Shown in pieces: positions 50,359 to 62,127 of a stretch of 64,000 nt of DNA. The translations under genes and the position numbers were made by a program. The notes below the pieces were generated by a model. That model saw only the letters and a list, made by a program, of their open reading frames with translations. It was not told where the DNA came from and searched no databases. The stretch is from Squalus acanthias. Taxonomy: Eukaryota. How positions within the stretch are numbered: the first letter of the stretch is position 1; every line of letters starts with the position of its first letter. The stretch is taken from NCBI GenBank assembly GCA_030390025.1, contig CM059432.1, forward strand, positions 67,768,001-67,832,000. The letters run 5' to 3'.

Positions 50359-51570
50359 TTCAAAAGATATAAGCATAATTGTGTACCGACACAGAGAGCA
50401 ATGGTAGATTATGTAAGGCAGTAGACATGAAGCTAGCAAGATTATACGAATTACATTATATGTGCCTTGAAGGAAACAATGTACTATGAGAAGGTAATTA
50501 AATGTGCTGAAGCACCCTCTTTTAATCACCACTATAATTAATGGGATCAATTTCCATGGGACTTCTCCCGATTGACCACTGTTATTTCAATGGAAGTATT
50601 TGGGAAATTCAATTTATGCATGGTTGAGGCTTCCAATTTTTGATTGTGACTTCCCCAAGTCAGCTGGTAATGGAATTTAATCAGCAATCAATCAGATACC
50701 TCCCAAGAAGTAACCCCGTTGCTGGCATTATTTAAAAATGTAAATGTGTTAATTAGGGTTTATCTCGTCAATTTTATAAATGTGCACCTCGAGCAGAGAG
50801 CTTTATCCGCTGGGAGCATATGTTGAGAATTTAGATATGCACGTCCCATAATTTTCCACCATATATCAGGTGCTCAAGCATGTGTCCCCATGATTTTCTA
50901 TTCATTAAATTTAATGGATGTTATGACACTCCATGATGAATTGGTTACAAGAAAGGAAAATTTGTTGTAATAAAAGGAACCTACAAACCATCAAAATAGC
51001 TGAAGTGTCAAAAGTTCATACAAAGCTCTTGTAGAAATGCTTTTTAATGTCTGCCTCTGAGGAAGAGAATTGAGATAATCCAACTTTCTTATTCCAGTGA
51101 TAGCTCTTGTCAAACAATCACAATGCTGCTGGGGACTGACATAAAGAAGTTCAAGGCCTGAAGTGCAATTTATGTGTCTAGAAGTACATTTTAATATTTT
51201 GGTTTGTTTCCTATTGCATAACCATGCATGTAAAAAACCAGGACAATATGACATGTTTTTTTCCCAACTAATTGTAATTTTTACATTCATTTAACATTAT
51301 GTGGAAAATGCCAATCTAGGCATTGATCATATTTGTCAGCATTAATGCTGGTGTGCAAATTCTAACATACGCTTACCACAGCAATAAATCTTTTACACTA
51401 GTGGATTAAAAACAGCAATTCAACCAATTATTGGGGAATGGAGCATGGATCTAAATAATTTCAGTAAAAGTGCAAATTCCAGTTATATGGTGTACATTAC
51501 TGGAGTTTTAAATCACTCTCAGACCAGGCCTTAATCTATGCCTGCAGACTGAAATCCGTATAATATTAAT

Positions 51571-52320
51571 GGGCTGGATTTTGCGGTAGAAATAACGGAA
51601 GGGCTAACAGTGCTCATCGTTATTTACATGGAAATCTGACAGCAAATTCCAGTGACTGTTGAAATCAGGAAGTTGCTGTCAGAGATGGCCTGCTCCTCCA
51701 AAAGCTGCGCAATAACGGTATCTCGCCGAGAGACTCACCATTCAAATACATTGAACAGTGTGAAGTTCCTGTACTTAACTGATATATACCTACTAAACTT
51801 GTCAGAAAAAGTTAGGGTTTGTCCATTCTAGCAGCATGGTAAACTTTAATTACTGCCAAACAACCTCTCTGTCACTGAAAATTAAATTTACAAGTTTGGA
51901 GTATCATCCCTTCAGATTTTAATTATTGTTGGAGATTTCAAAAAATAAAACATTTAAATAAAAAAATGTTTTTTTAACTTTTTCTTTCTGCCTCTTTTAT
52001 CTCTCTCTATTAATCCCATCTTTCTTTCTCTCTTTATTTTGCTTTCTGTACCTGGTTTGATATCGAATTAAATATTCTAACTGACACTTCCTGGTTCAGA
52101 CTCTGCGCTGCTCATTAACGATTCTTCAATCAATTAAGGAGATACGCAGTTGCTTGCCCTGTTCACACAGGCCCCTGGTCCCCTGTAGAGGACGCTGAAC
52201 TTTTTGGCTCTCTAATTTACAGTAATTCCAGTGCAAAATCCCATAGAAAGTCTATGGACAAGTATGAGCGTAATGAATGGCTGGCACAGTTTGTTTGCCA
52301 CTGAGACCAAAATCTGACCC
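51571..52320. mobile_element. 750-bp Harbinger-type MITE
   Basis: TIRs gggctggatttt / aaaatctgaccc; AAT TSD. Confidence 0.8.
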
Positions 52321-52339
52321 AATGTTTGGAGTCTGAATA

Positions 52340-52705
52340 TAGAATCATAGAAATCATAGAATGGTTACAGCACAGAGGAGGCCATTCGGCCCGTCAAGCC
52401 CATGCCGGCTCTCTTCAAGAGCACTTCAGCTAGTCCCACTGCCCCGCCCTTTCCCCGTAGCCCCGGAATTTCATTTCTTTCAGGTACTTATCCAATTCCC
52501 TTTTGAAAGCCACAATTGAATCTTCCTCCACCACCCTTTCAGGCAGAGCATTCCAGATCATAACCACTCGCTTCGTAAATAAGTTTTTCCCCATGTCATC
52601 TCTGGTTCTTCTGCCAGTCACTTAAATCTGTGTCCTCTGGTTCTTGACCCTACCACCAATGGGAACAGTTTCTCTCTATCTACTCTATCTAGACCTCTCA
52701 TGACT
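52340..52705 (-). mobile_element. CR1 3' fragment
   Basis: agaatcat tail; FTKRVVMIWNALPERVVE. Confidence 0.85.
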
Positions 52706-52914
52706 GTACTCAAATGCAAACAACAATCCATGTAACAGACTAACAAACATCTGAGCTTATCCTTAGATGGTAACATTAAGTATAGTGCATTGTGGGAGGC
52801 TCTATATAATTCACAACATAAATACTCCAGGTGGATAAAGGGCTGAATTAAGGGGGGAGGGGTGGGCTGTGGGGGATGTTGTCTGCACTTAATATCATCA
52901 TTTAGTGAAACGTT

Positions 52915-55900
52915 GGCCGCGATTTCCCCTACCTCGGCGGGTCCGTGGCGGGCGAAGTCAGTGGCAAGTCCGGATCCCGCTGCTGGCCCCAGCCCACTGT
53001 GCAGAATGATTTTATGTTGATTGGGCTTGTTAGGCCCGCCCAGTGCGTTTGGCGGCCAATTGAAGGAAGCAGGTCTGATGACATCATTTGATGACGTGTC
53101 ATCAGCCGGTTTCCTTAAAGAGACCATGCGCAAATTGATTTTGGCAGTTGTGCTGTCAGTGTTCTACAGCATTGAGGTGCTGCAAACACTGACAAGCACT
53201 GCACAGAGGAGCATGGCTGCACCCAGGCTCTCCCATAAGCATATGGAGGGAGTCACAGCATGCAGGGAGGTTCTCTTCCCTTACAGTGGGCGGAAGAGAC
53301 CTCCCCAGGAGATCAATGCAGCCTGGTTACACATTGCACAGGAGGACACAAGCAGGGATGTCATTAGGAGGACCAGGCTGCAGTGGCACAAACCTTTCAA
53401 TGATCTCAGTAATCATGAAACATTAGTACAAAGCCACACGCAACTGCAACCTGCTGTGCTACTCATCACATCCCCATCACACTGCCTTCCCTACTCTACT
53501 CCTGCACATCCTTACTCACACCAACTTACCTTACACCTTCACCCTATCTACAGTTTCACATCCCCATCTCACTAGCCACCCCTCATACTCATCTTCATCC
53601 AAGTCCAATCATACCAACTAACAACACACAAGGGTAGGCACTTGGGTGTTTCTGTCAATGTTCATGTAAAGTCTCTGTTAATGTGGTGTTAAACATTGAA
53701 ACCGTTATTTTCAACACTTTACGTTCTTGGACAGATCTGTGTGCACCTTTGGAGGTGGATTAGTGAGTTGCAGTGAATGGTGAAACATAATGGTACCCCC
53801 CGCAATGGTCATGAGTGTGAAAGGAATGGCTTGGGCATTGAACGGATGCTTTATGGTGTTGGTGTGGGGTGGTGCCAACCTGGTACATCACAGAAACATA
53901 GACGATAGGAGCAGGAGTAGGCCATTCGGCCCCTCGAGCCTGCTCCGCCATTCAATGAGATCATGGCTGATCATCCAAATTCTGTACCCTGTCCCAGCTT
54001 TCTCCCCATATCCCTTGATCTCCTTAGCCTTAAGAAATATATCTAACTCCTTCTTGAATATATTTAATGAATTGGCCTCAACTGCCTTCTGTGGTAGAGA
54101 ATTCCACTGGTTCACCACTCTCTGGGTGAAGAAATTCCTCCTCATCTCAGTCCTAAATGGCTTACTCCTTATCCTTAGACTGTGACCCCTGGTGCTGGAC
54201 TCCCCCGCCATCGGGAACAGCCTTCCTGCATCTAGTCTGTCTAGTCCTGTTCGAATTTTATAGGTTTCAATGAGATCCCCTTCTTCTAAACTCTGGCGAA
54301 TATAAACCTAATCGACCCAATCTCTCTTCATACGTCATTCCTGCCATCCCAGGTATCAGTCTGGTGAATCTTCGCTGCACTCCCTCCATGGCAAGAACAT
54401 CCTTCCTCAGATAAGGTGACCAAAACTGCACACAATACTCAAGGTGTGGTCTCACCAAGGCCCTGTACAACTGCAGCAAGACATCCTTGCTCCTGTACTC
54501 GAATCCTCTCGCTATGAAGGCCAACATACCATTTGCCTTCTTAACCGCCTGCTCCACCTGCATGCTTACCTTCAGCGACTGGTGCACAAGGACACCCAGG
54601 TCTCATTGCACTTCCCCTTTTCCCAATCTATTGCCATTCAGATAATAATCTGTCTTCCTGTTTTTGCCACCAAATTGGATAACCTCGCATTTATCCACAT
54701 TATACTGCATCTGCCATGCATCTGCCCAATCACCCAACCTGTCCAAATCATACTGGAGTTTCTCTGCATCCTCCTCACAGCACACACGCCCACCCAGCTT
54801 TGTGTCATCTGCAAACTTGGAGATATTACATCTAGTTCCCTCGTCTAGATCATTAATATATACTGTGAATAACTGGGGTCCTAGCACCGATCCCTGCGGT
54901 ACCCCACTAGTCACTGCCTGCCACTCGGAAAAAGACCTGTTTATTCCAACTCTTTGCTTCCTGTCTGCCAACCAGTTCTCTATCCAAATCAGTACCTCAC
55001 ACCCAATGCCATGTGCTTTAACTTTGCATGCTAATCTCTTATGCGGGACCTTATCGAAAGCCTTCTGAAAGTCCAAATACACCACATCCACTGGTTCTCC
55101 CTTATCTATTCTACCAGTTACATCCTCAAAAAATTCCAGTAGATTAGTCAGGCATGATTTCCCTTTTGTAAATCCATGTTGACTTTCTCCGATCCTGTCA
55201 CTGTTTTCCAAGTGCTGTGCTATTACATCTTTTATAATGGACTCTAGCATTTTCCCCACTACCGATGTCAGGCTTACCGGTCTATAATTCCCCGTTTTCT
55301 CTCTACCACCTTTTTTAAATAGTGGGGTTACATTAGCTACCCTCCAATCCATGGGAACTGTTCCAGAGTCTATAGAATTTTGAAAGATGACCAGCAATGC
55401 ATCTACTATTTCTAGGGCCACTTCCTTAAGTACCCTAGGATGTAGATTATCAGGCCCTGGGGATTTATCGGCCTTCAATCCCGTCAATTTCCCTAACACC
55501 ATTTCCCTACAAATACTGATTTCATTCAATTCCTCCCTCTCATTAGACCCTATGTTCCCCGACATCTCTGGGAGTTTATTGGTGTCCTCCTTTGTGAAGA
55601 CAGAACCAAAGTATGTATTTAATTCGTCAGCCATTTCTTTGTTCCCCATTATAAATTCCCCTGATTCTGACTGCAAGGGACCTACGCTTGACTTCACCAA
55701 TCTTTTTCTCTTCACATATCTATAGAAGCTTTTACAGTCAGTTTTTATGATCCCTGAAAGCTTACTCTCATACTCTATTTTCCCCCTCTTAATTAATCCC
55801 TTTGTCCTCCTTTGCTGAATCCTAAACTGCTCCCAATCTTCAGGTTTGCTGCTTTTTCTTGCCAAATTATATGTCCTCTCCTTGGATCTTATGCTATCCC

Positions 55901-57637
55901 TAATTTCCCTTGTTAGCCATGGTTGAGTCACCTTTTTTGCTTTATTTTTATGCCAAACAGGGATGAACAAATTCTGTAGTTCATCCATGCGATCTTTAAA
56001 TGTTTGCCATTGCCTATCCACCGTCAACCCTTTAAGTGACGCTCCCTAATCCACCCGAGCCAACTCGCGCCTCATACCATCATAGTTTCCTATATTTAAA
56101 TTCAGGACCCTAGTCTCTGAGTCAACTACTTCACTCTCCATCTTAATGAAGAATTCTATCATATTATGATCGCTCCTCCCCAAGGGGCCTCGCAGAACAA
56201 GATTGCTAATTAATCCTTTCTCATTACATAATACCCAGTCTAAGATGGCCTGATCTCTAGTTGGTTCCTCGACATATTGGTCCAGGAAACCATCCCGTAT
56301 ACACTCTAGGAATTCCTCTTCCACAATATTGTTACTAATTTGGTTAGCCCAATCTATATGTAGATTAAAGTCACTCATGATAACTGCTGTGCCCTTATTG
56401 CACGCATCTCTAATATCCCATTTAATGCCATCCCCAACCGCAGCATTACTGTTTGGGCGTCTGTATACAACTCCCACTAATGTTTTCTGCCCCATGGTAT
56501 TTCACATCTCTACCCATACAGATTCCATATCATCAGAGCTAATATCCTTCCTTACTATTGTGTTAATCTCCTCTTTAACCAGCAATGCTACCCCACCTCC
56601 TTTTCCTTTTTGCCTGTCCTTCCTGAATATTGAATACCTCTGGATGTTGAATTCCCAGCCTTGGTCACCCTGGAGCCATGTCTCCGTAATCCCAATTATA
56701 TCATATCTGTTTACATCTATTTGCACAGCTAATTCATCCACCTTATTACGAATGCTCCTCACATTAAGACAGAAAGCCTTCAGGCTTGTTTTTTTAACAC
56801 TTTTAAACTTTTTAGAATTATTGTTTACTGTGGCCATGTTTGATTTACATCCTTGTGGCAGCCAGGGTGTACAGGGTCAAGTGAAGTAAATCTGGCCATG
56901 GTGAGGCCATCCCTGGCCTCCCGGGCAGCAATGATGCTCGGGTGCTGATGCCTTCTGTTCTGTGCAGCATCAGTTGATAACGGCGAAGGTTGGTGTTGTT
57001 GTTGGTGCTGCTGATGTTGGTGCTGCTGGTGTTGGGGCTTATCATGGTGGGTTTCTGAGGACCAAGGTGAGATAGTTTCAAGGGCACCGATGCTAATGTA
57101 ATAGATGGCAGGTGAACTTGAGATGACAGAAGTGATCTGTCAATGGTGTGAGAAGTTGTTCCAATGAGGTGACACTGGATAGAGAGTTTGCTTCAACACT
57201 TGCAACCTGCATAAAGCTCAATCTGTCTTCCAAATGCAGTAAGCAACAGCTTCTGAGCTTGGAAAGTGAACAGCTGTGAGATGGGAGCTTTTATAGCACA
57301 TTTGCAGATGTCATATGATGAGGTGATCCCATGACCATTCAATTCCCAACCTCCTTACCTGACGTGATCTCCGAGCAGCGTGGACCCTATGGGCGACCTC
57401 GTAAAATAGTACGGTGAGCTTAAAATACTTTTAATGGGCTGTTAACAAGGTCATAATGACTTGAATTGCCTCCCCCGTCGCTGCATTTCGGGTCTGTTCA
57501 GCCCTGACAGACCCAACATCTGGGAAAGTTGTGTGGCGGTGGGTTGGCAGTGGGGTCTTGATCCGCTGTCAAAAATGTTTTTTCCCACTCAACGCGCCAC
57601 TGAATGTGCCTGCTGACCCCCTGGAAAATTCCCCCCA
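52915..57637. mobile_element. Degenerate Harbinger derivative (Myb exon-1 remnant at ~53213-53410, +) split by CR1; boundaries approximate
   Basis: MAAPR...REVLFPYSGRKRPPQEINAAWLHIAQE...FNDL is homologous to exon 1 at 21756; right end ggaaaattcccccc. Confidence 0.6.
53890..56845 (-). mobile_element. CR1 LINE with near-complete ORF2 (APE endonuclease + RT), broken by a few stops/frameshifts
   Basis: CLNVRSIRNK, GITETW, SDHN, YLDFQKAFD, GVPQGSVLGP, FADD; TSD TACATC (53884-53889, 56846-56851). Confidence 0.95.
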
Positions 57638-57639
57638 CT

Positions 57640-57720
57640 AACTCTCCACAGATGCTGTCTGACCTGCTGAGTATTTCCAGCATTTTCTGTTTTTATTTCA
57701 GATTTCCACCAGTCCAGTAT
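57640..57720 (+). mobile_element. Penelope pseudo-LTR fragment
   Basis: Reverse complement of ~6890-6960. Confidence 0.75.
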
Positions 57721-59155
57721 TACGCTCATTTTAATATATCTGTCACCCTCCCCTCAATAATCGGTGCTTCTTCTGGAAATAATGCTAGATTCCTGTAAAG
57801 TAATTGTATCTCCGTTTATTCTGATGTGTATCCACAATCGTTAACTATTAATTGGCGTCAATTTCAGATTCCAATTCAGTGCGTTATTAACTACAAAACA
57901 TACATGGTGTTTACTCCAGATTCTAAAATCATTGGGGGGGAAAATGTGCATCAGATCTCAGCAACACCTTTCTGGTTTTCAAGTCGACCACCCACAAAAT
58001 TGCAAAGCCGAAGTCAAAAATATTACAATATTACACCTGTCACGAATTATTAAACTCAGTTGGTGACATCAAAAAAAGTCCTACGGCTTTCCAGCTCCTG
58101 GCTGAAATTAAGTTATCCGCCCCCCCCCCCCCCCCGCTTAAAAGCTGAAATATTGAGAATGAAGAGATGAATGTGCAGCAATGTGCTGGCAGAGTAGTGA
58201 ACCTGATCTCTGGTTCCTATGGTGAAAGCTCATAGCGTCCACTGATTTGCGTCTGTGCTCAAATCCGCAGAGAATCACAAGACAGCCGGACAAGTCTGAC
58301 TCTGACATCAGAAAGCAATTTCTACACCAGTATCATCTCAGCATCAGCAATGTAAGTTAGTTCAGGCAGCGGATTAACTGTTTGCAGCGAGCTATCGCTG
58401 CATCTAAACGGCAAGGTATGTAAGTTGAAGTCGCACTCTGTATGTTGCATGCTTAAGTGAGCTAGAAAATAATTCTATTAGGCATTTGTGGCAAATAAAA
58501 TTGCAATCCTAGTACGGAGCTAGTGTAACGATCAAATGTAATAGGAAGCCTTTTCCCCGTTGTTTTTGTTAAATTGCATTTGGCAGTGGAAATCATTTGG
58601 TGCTAAATATTAGCAATTTTTTAAATCTATTTAGTAAACGTCCATCTGTTGCTGACTTCTAAGAGAGATGGCAATGACTTCGCAGTAATTTGAAATAAAA
58701 TTAGAAAATCCAGTTAAAGTCATAACACGCTAGAGGCTGCAACTGATCGCTACAATTCTTTTAAATGGAGGGCCGAAGGGTTGCAAGTATATATATTGAT
58801 AGATTGTAAAACAAAACCTCCAGTCATTGAAGAAAATGAGGGGCTGCTGTTTTCTCCAAGAAAGACAACAAATTAGGGGTTTCTTGGAAGGGATTTATCG
58901 TTTCATTTAACCTCAAAGTACAACTAAGTGTTCATAAGATTCCCTGCAGTATTCAGTCACTGGGTTAGCTTTACAGTGAATCCTTGATTACTATGTTCAG
59001 TTAAAAACACTAGTGTCTAATCAAATTGCCAATAAAACATAAACGAGGTCTCCAAAGCAGGCTAACGTTTCTAAGGTTTCTTTTGGTTTTCTTTTTCTCA
59101 TAATCTTTACGCTAAACAAAACTGCGACCGATTCTGCCGTGCCAGCATTGAAAAC

Positions 59156-60157
59156 ATGGAAAATCTTTCTTCGAATCCAGTATCTCCGAACATCTCCTGC
59201 ACGGACGAGCGGGCGAGTTGTTTGCCCGCAAGTGACAATGGGACCAATTCGACAGGGCCAGGTCCGTACCCTGACTTTTACATCGCCATCCCCATCATAT
59301 ACTCTGTCATATGTGCTGTCGGGTTAACGGGCAACACTGCCGTCATCTATGTTATACTCAAAGCCCCGAAAATGAAAACAGTGACAAATATGTTCATACT
59401 GAATCTAGCCATCGCGGACGAACTTTTCACGCTGGTTTTGCCCATAAACATCGCTGACTACCTTCTGCTTCAGTGGCCCTTTGGCGAGCTGATGTGTAAA
59501 TTAATCATTTCCATTGATCAATACAACACCTTCTCCAGCATTTACTTTTTGACTGTTATGAGCATTGATCGCTACTTGGTGGTCCTTGCCACCGCGAAGT
59601 CCAAGAACATGTCATATCGCACTTACAGAGCGGCTAAGATCATCAGTATCTGCGTTTGGCTCTTCGTCACCATCATCATTTTGCCCTTCACGATTTTTGG
59701 CAAGATCCACGATGACGAGGGCAGGCTGCAGTGTGTCTACGTGTTCCCACATCCTGAGATTCTGTGGTGGAAGGCTAGTCGGATTTACACTCTTTTAATG
59801 GGATTTACCATCCCTGTGTCCACAATCTGCATCCTGTACACAATGATGCTGTTCAGGTTGAGAAACATGCGCTTAAACACCAACGCCAAGGCTCTGGACA
59901 AAGCGAAGAAGAAGGTGACATTAATGGTGATGGTTATCCTCGCAGTCTGCCTTTTCTGCTGGACGCCCTACCATTTGAGCACGATAGTAGCGTTAACAAC
60001 AGATATTCAACAGACCACACTTATCATTGGCATCTCCTACTTCATCACCAGCCTAAGCTATGCTAATAGTTGTCTTAATCCTTTCCTTTACGCATTCCTA
60101 GATGATAGTTTCAGAAAAAGCTTTCGGAAACTGCTAGAGTGCAGAACAGCACCCTAA
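59156..60157 (+). CDS. NPBWR1: Neuropeptide B/W receptor 1 (GPR7), class A GPCR, 333 aa, intronless CDS
   Basis: 7TM motifs GN, NLAIAD, DRY, CWTP, NPFLY and N-terminal N-glycosylation sites. Residues ADELF, NIADYLL and DQYNTFSS match NPBWR1 as I recall it, versus ADG/DLF, NIAEHLL and DHYNIFSS in NPBWR2. Confidence 0.92.
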   Translation: MENLSSNPVSPNISCTDERASCLPASDNGTNSTGPGPYPDFYIAIPIIYSVICAVGLTGNTAVIYVILKAPKMKTVTNMFILNLAIADELFTLVLPINIADYLLLQWPFGELMCKLIISIDQYNTFSSIYFLTVMSIDRYLVVLATAKSKNMSYRTYRAAKIISICVWLFVTIIILPFTIFGKIHDDEGRLQCVYVFPHPEILWWKASRIYTLLMGFTIPVSTICILYTMMLFRLRNMRLNTNAKALDKAKKKVTLMVMVILAVCLFCWTPYHLSTIVALTTDIQQTTLIIGISYFITSLSYANSCLNPFLYAFLDDSFRKSFRKLLECRTAP

Positions 60158-60856
60158 TGTTTAGAGTCTTGGGTGAATCCATCCAATTACTGAATGTTGC
60201 ATGCATTTCTAAACTATCACCTGCTTCCAAGGCGTTGTGCTGTAAATATCTTCAGAAATGCTCATTCGTCATGTTCAAAAGACTTTCAATGAGATGATTA
60301 TATCCAGGGGAATCAAATAAAGATGTAAATTGCCTCTAGAATTTCCATAGTATATGTATATAGACCTAAATGTGTATGGTATTAAATATTATTTGTATTT
60401 AACTTGAAGACCAAGATAAAGTTGATGTGAACGGTTTGCATTGTTACTGTATTGTATTCTATACTGTACTGGCACACTAATATATAATACGAAACACAAA
60501 GATACAACACTGACGAGTGCATGTTCATGAAAACAGTTATGTATTGGCCCTTACTCAAAGGTATTGTATATTGCAATAGCAATTTAGATATGAGACAAAA
60601 TCCCTGTGCTCCTGTGTATTTTTGCTATAATAATGCATTTTCACTCAGAATCTTTTATTACAGACTTAAGCTCAAAACTTTATGGTCAAGATGTAAATTG
60701 AGCAAATTATAAAACAGTGTATACTCAGCTAGCGTTAAATATCATGAAAAACGGGTTCCTTCACCAATTTTTCGAGAAATAATTGTAAAATATTCAATTA
60801 TAAATCAATGGATGGTGAGTGCCCTAATTTGCATTCTCTTTGATAATAAGATCTTC

Positions 60857-60862
60857 AATAAA
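60857..60862 (+). promoter_or_regulatory. Candidate polyadenylation signal for NPBWR1 (alternative AATAAA at 60316-60321)
   Basis: AATAAA followed by T/GT-rich sequence ~700 bp after the stop codon. Confidence 0.45.
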
Positions 60863-61376
60863 TGTTTCTTATTCATCATTTTGGCTGCTGTTTTATTTAT
60901 ATATTAAGGAGATTCTGCAATCACTGTTATAAAATAGGAGGGTTTCCCAATGTAATCATGTTCCGCCTTTTATCTAACATTAGTTGCTTCATAGCTGGCA
61001 ACTGAGGTTTGCCCTTAATGATGAGCTGTGACAAATACGCAGTAATTAAACTAATTTTTTGTCAACTAGTCGTGTTTGAGTGAATCACACAAACTGATAA
61101 CAAATTAGTACAATTTTATTTCATACTTATAAAAAGAAATAGGTGGTAGCTTTTTGGAATAGTCTTTATGTTTCTAATTCAAATCAAAGACAAAAGAGAT
61201 GAAGATTTCTCACTCTTGACAACTGGTAAGAGTCTTGAGATCAATTCAGATAGCTTTAAACAGTGGACACAAAAATGCAAAAATTGACCCTTCAATTTGT
61301 CAGTCACTCTGCGAGAAGCCACAGGCCTGGAAGGTGTAGGTAACTGAGTGGTTATGTTGATGCAACAAAAGATATT

Positions 61377-62127
61377 GGGCTGGATTTTGATACTGCGGCG
61401 GGTTGGGGTCGTGTCATCCGCATTTCGTGTTATCCACCCGACTGCAATGGGATGTGGGAGATTGATGCAATTTTCACTTAATTGGGCAATTGAGTTCCAG
61501 CATGTGGGAACCCATGAACCAATTAGTGGTTTCAGTCTGAAAGTCGCCTCTGATGATGTCATCATTGTTGCTGCATTGCAGGTCAGAGACTGCCTGGCCT
61601 TTGCTGTGAGAGGACCTGGCTGCAAAATGAGCAGCATCTGAGAGAGAGAGAGAGAGAGAGAGAATTTTTTTTGCATCCAGGTCCTCTCACAGCAAAGACC
61701 AGGCAGTCTCTGAAGACATTCAATGCAGCAGCATCAGAGGCGACTTTCAGACCTAATACTACTACTACCTTCATCACATCTCCGTTGTAATAGTGGACCT
61801 GCAGCTGATAGTCAGCTATCCACTTGTGCTCCCGCCAGGTTTCACTGGCGTGTTTCAGATCAGGCGTGCTTCATGTGGGAAAAGGGTTAAACTAGCTGAA
61901 AATGTTTCAAAATGGCATTACAGAGCCAATTTAGGGCTTGTTAAGGGCTTTAATGGCCTCTCCCGCCTCTTGGAGGCGGGACGGAGACAGGACCACCTCA
62001 CACGATTTCATCAAAATTGCGTGGAGGCAGAATGGAGGCGGGATCGGGTCCGCCCACCACTTTTCGCAATTTTAAACCCCCCACATGCCTCCAAACCCGC
62101 CTCCACGGGTCTATGAAAATCCAGCCC
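61377..62127 (+). mobile_element. 751-bp non-autonomous derivative of the 21477-25746 Harbinger family
   Basis: Same TIRs gggctggatttt / aaaatccagccc; ATT TSD; left and right arms match ~21477-21680 and ~25420-25746. Confidence 0.92.

Noticed and set aside
59156..60157. NPBWR2, opioid or somatostatin receptor
   Set aside because: Diagnostic TM2-TM3 residues fit NPBWR1 better; a phylogeny would confirm
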